Shown here: piece by piece, positions 17,795-24,215 of the stretch
How the letters are laid out: each line of letters starts with the position of its first letter
Position numbering within the stretch: the first letter of the stretch is position 1
NCBI GenBank assembly: GCA_046583355.1
Contig: JAYGCM010000030.1
Span: 1 to 24,215 of the forward strand
Length of the DNA: 24,215 bases
Direction of reading: 5' to 3'
Source: Deltaproteobacteria bacterium
GTDB taxonomy: Bacteria; Desulfobacterota; Binatia; UBA12015
Position numbers and translations under genes: made by a program
The notes under the pieces: generated by a model
Seen by the model: only the letters and a program-made list of their open reading frames with translations
What the model was told of the DNA's origin: nothing
Databases searched by the model: none

Positions 17795-19786
17795 GTGCAC
17801 AACTCACGATTTTGGATTTGCCTTTTGCTTCTCGGCTCCAGCGCATGCAGCTTCGAGCCGACCTCGGCGCCCTGGTCGCCGCCGCCCGAGCCGGCCAAGG
17901 CGCAGAAACTCATCGGCCGCGAGCCCTGCGCGACCCGCATAGTCGAGCGCCAACCCCTCTTCGGCGACCTGCATATCCACACCGCGCTCTCGATGGACGC
18001 CAATACCATGGGCACGCGTGCCACGCCGGACGATGCCTACCGCTTCGCCCGCGGTGAGGCGATCGAGGTCTACACAGGCGACCCGGCCAACCCCTTGCGC
18101 AAGGTGCGCATCGACCGGCCGCTGGATTTCGCGGCCGTCACCGACCATGCCGAATGGATGGCCGAAGTCTCGTTGTGCACGAAGCCCGACTCCGCAGTCT
18201 ACCAAAGCGACGGCTGCCGAATCTACCGCGGCCAGAAGACCTCCTGGTTAGCCCGGGTCCTGGGGCTCGACGGCTCCAGCAAGGCGCGCATCACGGGACT
18301 CCTTGGGCTAACCGGGCGCCGCTCGGATGTCTGCGGCGAGAACGACGCGATCTGTCGAGCCGAGTTAGCGGTGGTGTGGCGGCAGAACCAGGAAGCCACC
18401 GAGCGCTGGTACGACCGCAGTGAGAATTGCGCCTTCACCGCCCTGCATGCCTGGGAATATAGCCACTCGCCGAAGTCGACCAAGGTCCACCGCAACGTGA
18501 TCCTGCGCAACGAGATCGTGCCCGAGTTGCCAATTTCTTCGCTGGAGACTCCGCGGGAGATCGACCTGCGCCACCAACTCGTCGACCTCTGCAACGATAC
18601 CGACTCGGGCTGCGAGGCCATCGCCATCCCGCATAACCCGAACCTCTCCAACGGCCAGATGTTCAAGGTGGAATACGCCGACCTGCCGCTGGCCGAACAA
18701 CGCGCGGAGGCGGCCTTGCGCGCGCGTCTCGAACCCATCGTCGAGATGATGCAGATCAAAGGCGAGAGCGAATGCCGCAACGGCATGTACGGCATTCTCG
18801 GTGGCCCCGACGAGCTCTGCGATTTCGAAAAGACTCGCGATATGGCTCGCCAGGAATTGATCGATTGCGAAGAAGGTGCGGGCTGGGGCGCGCAGAAGGG
18901 CGAAGGCTGTATCTCGCGAACTGATTTCGTGCGCTACGCCCTGCTCGAGGGATTACGCGAGGACGACCGTATCGGCGTGAACCCCTATGAGTTCGGCTTC
19001 ATCGGCAGCACCGACACTCATATGGCCACACCGGGCCAGGTCGTCGAATACGACGTCCCCTACAAATTCGGCACGGATATCGAGGCTCTCCTCACGATCG
19101 GCGAGGCACAGCGGGGCCCGCCCTTCTGGAACCCCGGCGGCCTTGCCGGCGTCTGGGCCGAGGAAAATACCCGCGACTCGATCTTCGATGCCCTGAAGCG
19201 GCGTGAGGCCTTCGCCACCTCGGGGCCGCGCATCGTACCGCGCCTCTTCGGCGGCTGGGCATTTGACGAGACAATCTGCGCCGACCCTGCCTTTGCGAGC
19301 CGCGGCTATGCTGGCGGCGTCCCCATGGGCGCGCGCCTGCCGGCCGCACCAGCGCACGGCCGGGCACCTTCGTTTGCTGTATCCGCGTTGGCCGATGCCG
19401 GCGTGCGCGGCCATCCCGGCGGCTTGCTGCAACGCCTGCAAATCATCAAGGGCTGGGTCGACGCCGAGGGACTCTTCCATCAGGAGGTCCATGAGGTCGT
19501 CGGCACGCCCGACAACGGCGCCAGTGTCGACCCCGCGACCTGCCTACCGCAGGGCACGGGCGCACGCGCACTCTGCGGCGTCTGGACGGATTCGGCCTTT
19601 GATTCCGAAATCGATGCGGTCTATTATGCCCGCATAATCGAGAACCCGAGCTGCCGCTGGTCGGCCCGGCTCTGCCTCTCCCTGCCCGAAGATCAGCGCC
19701 CCAATGGCTGCCACTCAGGCCAGCTACCGTCGACCATCCAGGAGCGCGCCTGGACGTCACCGATCTGGTACGCCCCGCCGCAGTAG
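17795..19786 (+). CDS. DUF3604-family putative lipoprotein (PHP-like metal-binding fold)
   Basis: GTG start, lipobox-like LLLLGSSA-C, FGDLHIHT..S.DA, PLDFAAVTDH, HRNVI, IPHNPNLSNG, GSTDTH and IQERAWTSPIWY. Confidence 0.85.
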   Translation: MHNSRFWICLLLLGSSACSFEPTSAPWSPPPEPAKAQKLIGREPCATRIVERQPLFGDLHIHTALSMDANTMGTRATPDDAYRFARGEAIEVYTGDPANPLRKVRIDRPLDFAAVTDHAEWMAEVSLCTKPDSAVYQSDGCRIYRGQKTSWLARVLGLDGSSKARITGLLGLTGRRSDVCGENDAICRAELAVVWRQNQEATERWYDRSENCAFTALHAWEYSHSPKSTKVHRNVILRNEIVPELPISSLETPREIDLRHQLVDLCNDTDSGCEAIAIPHNPNLSNGQMFKVEYADLPLAEQRAEAALRARLEPIVEMMQIKGESECRNGMYGILGGPDELCDFEKTRDMARQELIDCEEGAGWGAQKGEGCISRTDFVRYALLEGLREDDRIGVNPYEFGFIGSTDTHMATPGQVVEYDVPYKFGTDIEALLTIGEAQRGPPFWNPGGLAGVWAEENTRDSIFDALKRREAFATSGPRIVPRLFGGWAFDETICADPAFASRGYAGGVPMGARLPAAPAHGRAPSFAVSALADAGVRGHPGGLLQRLQIIKGWVDAEGLFHQEVHEVVGTPDNGASVDPATCLPQGTGARALCGVWTDSAFDSEIDAVYYARIIENPSCRWSARLCLSLPEDQRPNGCHSGQLPSTIQERAWTSPIWYAPPQ

Positions 19787-19848
19787 ATTCCGGGTGCGAG
19801 ACATGCCCGTATGCCTGCATGCCCCCGCGCCAAGGGCCTCCGCGGCGG

Positions 19849-19881
19849 TTGACAGGTCGATTCTTACGCTGTAAATTCGAC
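19849..19881 (+). promoter_or_regulatory. Sigma70-type promoter with overlapping palindromic operator for TetR gene
   Basis: TTGACA(19849-54)-17 bp-TAAATT(19872-77). Imperfect palindrome GTCGA-ttc-TTAC-gct-GTAA-at-TCGAC at 19856-19881. Confidence 0.8.
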
Positions 19882-19882
19882 T

Positions 19883-20524
19883 ATGCCCCAAGCCGTTCAG
19901 ACCCCCGCCGAACGAGAGAGCCGACGCGAGGAGATCCTCGATGCCGCGCTCGCTCTACTGGCCGACGGCGGTCTGGCGGCCGTCACCATGCGCGCCATCG
20001 CCGCGCGGGTGGGCTGTAGCGCGATGACACCCTACGGGTATTTCCCCAACCGCGCCGCGATTCTTGCCGGATTGCGCGACGCCGCCTTCTTGCGCTTCGC
20101 CGCCGCCCTGCGTGCAGCAGCCCAGGGAGCCGATGAGCCACTCGAACGATTGTCCGGAATCGGCCAGGCCTACGTCGCTTTCGCGCGCCGCGAGACGCCG
20201 GCCTACCGACTGATGTTCGAACTGGAGCGCCCCTCGGAGATGACGGCAGCCGGGCGCGCTGCCTGGGACGAAATCCACGCGGCCATCGCCTTTGCCGTGG
20301 CAAAGGGCGTCTTGGCCGGCGACACCGCTACCCTTTCGCATATTTTCTGGTCCGGCATGCATGGCCTCTGTGCGCTGCATATCGCCGGCCGCCTGCAAGC
20401 CGGACGTACCCTGGATGAATTGATCGACCCGCTGATGCTCGCCCTGGTGGCGGGCACCCACGCTGGGAGCCAAGACGAAGAAACACGCCGCCCTCACGGC
20501 AAGGAGAAGCATGATGCCCAATGA
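19883..20524 (+). CDS. TetR/AcrR family regulator (WHG-type C-terminal domain)
   Basis: ILDAALALL...VTMRAIAARVGCSAMTPYGYF HTH; C-terminal AYV.FA...YRLMF...FWSGMHG. Confidence 0.92.
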   Translation: MPQAVQTPAERESRREEILDAALALLADGGLAAVTMRAIAARVGCSAMTPYGYFPNRAAILAGLRDAAFLRFAAALRAAAQGADEPLERLSGIGQAYVAFARRETPAYRLMFELERPSEMTAAGRAAWDEIHAAIAFAVAKGVLAGDTATLSHIFWSGMHGLCALHIAGRLQAGRTLDELIDPLMLALVAGTHAGSQDEETRRPHGKEKHDAQ

Positions 20525-21893
20525 AGAAGCAAAGCCTTTTCACCTCCAGGGGAATTACGCCCCCGTCAGCAACGAATTGAGCACGGAGAATCTGCCAATC
20601 GAAGGCGCGATCCCGCCCGAACTCAACGGCACCTATGTGCGCAACGGCCCGAATCCGGCCAGTGGCACATCCGCGCATTGGTTCGGCGGCGACGGCATGC
20701 TGCATGCCCTGCGACTCGAAGGCGGCCACGCCCGCTCCTACCGCAACCGCTGGGTGCAGACGAAGAGCCTCACGGACCCCGATGCGCGCCTCCTCAGCGA
20801 CGCCGGCGAGGTCGACCTGACGGTAGCCGTTGCCAATACCAGTATCGTACGCCACGCGGGGCGCTGGCTCGCCCTCGTAGAGACCTCGTTTCCGACCGAA
20901 GTCACGCCCGAACTCGAAACACTCGGCTCCTTCGATTTCGGCGGACGCCTGGCCAGCGGCATGACAGCGCATCCGCGCATCTGCGCAAAAACCGGCGAGA
21001 TGCATTTCTTCGGCTATGGCTTCCTGCCGCCCTACCTGATGTACCACCGCGTGAACGCCGCCGGCGAACTCGTGCAAAGCGAAGAGATCGACGTCACAGG
21101 GCCGACCATGATGCACGATTTCGCGATCACGGAAAATTACGTCATCTTCATGGACCTGCCGGTCGTCTTCAATCTGGAAAAGGCGATGGCGTCGATGGGT
21201 CCTGCGCCGGCCGGCAAGGCCGGCGGCGATAGCGGCGGCGACGGAATGCCCTATATATGGAGCGACGACTACCCCGCCCGGCTCGGCGTCCTGCCACGCA
21301 ACCAGCCCGGCGCGACCGTGCGCTGGTTCGACATCGACCCCTGCTACATCTTCCACCCCTACAATGCCTTCGAGCGCGCGGGCAGCATCGTCCTCGATGT
21401 TTGCCGTTATGACGAGATTTGGCGGGAACGCACGGATCATTTCAGCATCCCGAAGCCGCACCGCTTCTCAATCGACCTCGGCACCGGGCACGTAACCGAG
21501 ACTCCTCTTTTCGAAGGCATGGCCGAGTTCCCGTGCATTGACGAGCGCCTCTGCGGGCTGCCCGCACGCTATGGCTATGCCGTGCGCTCCGCGGCCCTTC
21601 CCACCGAAGACACGGCGCCGAGCGCTATCGTCAAGCATGACCTCGAGCGCGGCATCGAAACCGCCTGGGAGGCGCCAACCGGCTGCGTCCCCGGCGAGGC
21701 CGTTTTTGCCCCCTCCGCCGCCCAAGCCGGTGAGGACGAGGGCTGGCTCCTCCTCTATATGTACGACGGCAACCGCAACGGCAGCGACTTTGTCATCCTC
21801 GACGCCACCAACCCCGCAAGCGGCCCTGTTGCCCGCGTGCAACTCCCCCAGCGTGTCCCCTTCGGCTTCCACGGCGGCTGGTTCAGCGATTGA
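20511..21893 (+). CDS. Carotenoid oxygenase / RPE65 family non-heme iron dioxygenase
   Basis: GNYAPV, RNGPNP, HWFGGDGM, four Fe-ligand His (TAHP, MMHDF, IFHP, GFHG), EFP and EDEGW. AAGGAG SD. Confidence 0.93.
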   Translation: MMPNEEAKPFHLQGNYAPVSNELSTENLPIEGAIPPELNGTYVRNGPNPASGTSAHWFGGDGMLHALRLEGGHARSYRNRWVQTKSLTDPDARLLSDAGEVDLTVAVANTSIVRHAGRWLALVETSFPTEVTPELETLGSFDFGGRLASGMTAHPRICAKTGEMHFFGYGFLPPYLMYHRVNAAGELVQSEEIDVTGPTMMHDFAITENYVIFMDLPVVFNLEKAMASMGPAPAGKAGGDSGGDGMPYIWSDDYPARLGVLPRNQPGATVRWFDIDPCYIFHPYNAFERAGSIVLDVCRYDEIWRERTDHFSIPKPHRFSIDLGTGHVTETPLFEGMAEFPCIDERLCGLPARYGYAVRSAALPTEDTAPSAIVKHDLERGIETAWEAPTGCVPGEAVFAPSAAQAGEDEGWLLLYMYDGNRNGSDFVILDATNPASGPVARVQLPQRVPFGFHGGWFSD

Positions 21894-21911
21894 ACGACGG
21901 GGAGGCGCGCT

Positions 21912-22457
21912 ATGGAGTCGGATGACGCAATCGCAGCGCGCGGGGAGCGCGACCTCGCGGCGCCTCTCCCGGCGGCAGTGGCGCCGCCGCTGCCGCCGGT
22001 CAAGCAAATTCGACTAGCGAAGGCGGCCACGCGCGTGGCCGCCTTCGCGGTCGATCTACTGCTGCTTGCGCTGGCCGATATCGTCATCGGCGTACTGGCT
22101 GCCTTTGCCATCGGCCTGGCCAGCGTCACGACGCAAACCTTTTTCGTCGACGGCCATCAGGCCGTTGAGCAATTCACGTTTGTCGGCAGTGCCTGCTTCG
22201 TGTTCTTCTATTTCACCGGCATGCATATCGGCGCCGGGCAGACGCTCGGCAAGGCCTTTTTCGATATCGCCGTCGAGCGCAGCGACGGAAGCGCGCTCGA
22301 TTGGCGCCAGAGCCTGCTGCGCAGCAGCGCCGAGTTGCTGACCTTGGCTACCCTTGGCCTCGGATTTCTCGGCGCCACCCGCCCCTCGGGCCGCGCCTTG
22401 CACGACCACCTCGCCGATACCCGCGTCGTGCGCAGCCACGGCGGCCCGGGCCTCTAG
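21912..22457 (+). CDS. RDD family membrane protein
   Basis: R.AAFAVD, GQTLGK, R and LHDHLADTRVV; GGAGG SD. Confidence 0.88.
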   Translation: MESDDAIAARGERDLAAPLPAAVAPPLPPVKQIRLAKAATRVAAFAVDLLLLALADIVIGVLAAFAIGLASVTTQTFFVDGHQAVEQFTFVGSACFVFFYFTGMHIGAGQTLGKAFFDIAVERSDGSALDWRQSLLRSSAELLTLATLGLGFLGATRPSGRALHDHLADTRVVRSHGGPGL

Positions 22458-22496
22458 AGGTAAGGCAGGCTATGAGCGTTACGGAAGGATGATCTT

Positions 22497-23453
22497 TTGA
22501 GCACGAAAAAACTCCGCATCGCCTACCTGATGGATCCGCTCGACGGCATGGATATCAGCAAGGATACGACCTTTGCCTTCCTGCTCGAGGCACAAAGCCG
22601 CGGCCACGAGAATTTCGTACTCGGCCCGGCCGATCTGGCCATCCGCCGTAGCGTGCCCGAAGCACGGGTCCAGCCGGTTCAAGTCCGTCGCAAGGTGGGC
22701 GACCATTTCGAACTCGGCGAGGCGCGCCGCGAAGCGCTCGAAGCCTTCGACGTAGTGATGCTGCGCAAGGATCCGCCCTTCGACATGAACTTCTTCTTCG
22801 ACACGCATACCGCCTCGCTGATCGACGCACAGAAGACGCTCGTCGTGAACAACCCGGCTGGTCTGCGTGACGCCAACGAGAAGCTCTATGCGCTGCGCTT
22901 TCCGGACGTGATCCCCGCGAGTCTGGTCACGGCCGACTCCGATCTACTGAAGGAATTCCTCGCCGAGCTCGGCGGCGAGATGATCGTGAAGCCGCTTGAC
23001 GGCTGTGGCGGCAAGGGCATCTTCCACGTCCATGACAAAGACCGAAACCTGAACGCGATTCTCGAGAGCAGCACGGCGCACGGCACCATACGGGTGATGG
23101 CGCAGCGCTACCTTCCCGAGGTCCGCGAGGGCGACAAGCGGATCATCGTGATCGAGGGCGAGCCGCGCGGCGCTGTGCTGCGCATTCCGCAGGCGGGCGA
23201 GCATCGTTCGAATTTCCACGTCGGCGGTAGCGCCGCCAGAAGCCAGCTGACCGAGCGTGACCGGGAGATCTGCGCGAGAATCGCCGATGACCTACGCCGC
23301 GACGGCCTGCTCTTCGTCGGACTCGATGTGATCGGCGGCTTCCTCACCGAGGTCAACGTCACCAGCCCCACCGGCGTCCAGGAGATCGACGACCTCTCCG
23401 GCACCAACCTGGCCGGCGAATGGATCGATGTCCTCGAAGCCCGCTGTGCTTAG
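22497..23453 (+). CDS. gshB: Glutathione synthetase
   Basis: MDP...KDTTFA.LLEAQSRG, RKDPPFD, NEKL, KPLDG.GG.GIF, GDKRI, RSN..GG, GLDVIG..LTEVNVTSPTG. TTG start. Confidence 0.96.
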   Translation: MSTKKLRIAYLMDPLDGMDISKDTTFAFLLEAQSRGHENFVLGPADLAIRRSVPEARVQPVQVRRKVGDHFELGEARREALEAFDVVMLRKDPPFDMNFFFDTHTASLIDAQKTLVVNNPAGLRDANEKLYALRFPDVIPASLVTADSDLLKEFLAELGGEMIVKPLDGCGGKGIFHVHDKDRNLNAILESSTAHGTIRVMAQRYLPEVREGDKRIIVIEGEPRGAVLRIPQAGEHRSNFHVGGSAARSQLTERDREICARIADDLRRDGLLFVGLDVIGGFLTEVNVTSPTGVQEIDDLSGTNLAGEWIDVLEARCA

Positions 23454-23459
23454 GAGAAA

Positions 23460-23488
23460 TTGACCTGGTCGCAGGCGTTCGCTAATTC
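23460..23488 (+). promoter_or_regulatory. Putative promoter of tRNA-Phe
   Basis: TTGACC-17 bp-TAATTC followed by a GC-rich stretch. Confidence 0.55.
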
Positions 23489-23509
23489 GCTTGGGGCCCG
23501 CAGCAACAG

Positions 23510-23582
<73 letters not shown>

Positions 23583-23621
23583 CTCCTTGCCGCTGCGGAA
23601 AGAAACTCCGGAGGTGCCGCT

Positions 23622-24047
23622 TTGGAAATCGTCGAAGCAAAATCCGTCGATACCGAGCTCGTCGAGGCAATCGCCCGCCTCGTGCCACAGCTCTCCACCG
23701 GCGCGCCACTGCCCTCGCCGGAAGACTTGGCCGAGATTGTGGCCTCGCCTTCGCAGCTGCTGCTGGCGCGTGACGAGGCCGGCACCATCGTCGGTACGCT
23801 GACGCTCACCGTCTTTCGCATCCCGACGGCCCTGCGCTGCCGGATCGAGGATGTCATCGTCGACCAGGCCGCGCGTGGTCGCGGCATCGGCGAGGCATTG
23901 ATGTGCGCCGCCCTGGAGTGCGCCCGCGCCCTCGGCGCTCCGACCGTGGACCTCACCTCGAACCCGAAGCGCGAGGCGGCCAACCGCCTCTACCTCCGGC
24001 TCGGCTTCGAGCCGCGCCAGACCAATATCTACCGCTACGAGGTCTAG
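23622..24047 (+). CDS. GNAT family N-acetyltransferase
   Basis: IEDVIVDQAARGRGIG acetyl-CoA motif and LTSNPKREAANRLY.RLGF. TTG start with GGAGG SD at 23610-14. Confidence 0.9.
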   Translation: MEIVEAKSVDTELVEAIARLVPQLSTGAPLPSPEDLAEIVASPSQLLLARDEAGTIVGTLTLTVFRIPTALRCRIEDVIVDQAARGRGIGEALMCAALECARALGAPTVDLTSNPKREAANRLYLRLGFEPRQTNIYRYEV

Positions 24048-24146
24048 AAAAGGCTGACTCCGCGTGTAGCGGACGCTACGCTTTATGCTCGGCCCAGACA
24101 CGGGCGACTACCTGCGTTAGCCCTTCTGCCGCAAGGACTCCCGGCG

Positions 24147-24190
24147 TTTTCCACAGGCTTTCCACAGGAGTTGTCCAGAATCTATCCACA
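24147..24190 (+). promoter_or_regulatory. Cluster of four DnaA-box-like 9-mers (candidate oriC or dnaA regulatory region)
   Basis: TTTTCCACA 24147, CTTTCCACA 24158, TTGTCCAGA 24171 and CTATCCACA 24182, against consensus TTWTNCACA. Confidence 0.7.
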
Positions 24191-24215
24191 GAGGGCATCT
24201 GCGATTTCCCCCGCT

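Overview
GC-rich bacterial core-genome window. Gene order and protein style suggest a Deltaproteobacteria/Myxococcota/Binatota-like organism (inference). The left half, on the minus strand, carries the division/cell-wall cluster mraZ-rsmH-ftsL-ftsI-murE-[no murF]-mraY-murD-ftsW(partial). Upstream of it lie rnpB, a C4 zinc-ribbon protein, tRNA(CAU, probably Ile2), dnaG, rpsU and a GDPD. The right half is mostly plus strand: prmA, an inverted SDR, rsmE, a VOC protein, an MDR oxidoreductase, a DUF3604-like lipoprotein, TetR + carotenoid-oxygenase-family gene, RDD, gshB, tRNA-Phe, a GNAT, and a cluster of DnaA-box-like 9-mers at the right edge (possible oriC). Main anomalies: (1) murF is absent and its slot holds a ~300-nt, densely base-paired element with two similar stem-loops that display G/U-only loops, spanned by a translationally coupled 101-codon ORF; (2) rpoD is absent from its usual position between dnaG and tRNA(CAU). 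All calls are from motif recognition and by-eye pairing. No searches or folding programs were run.
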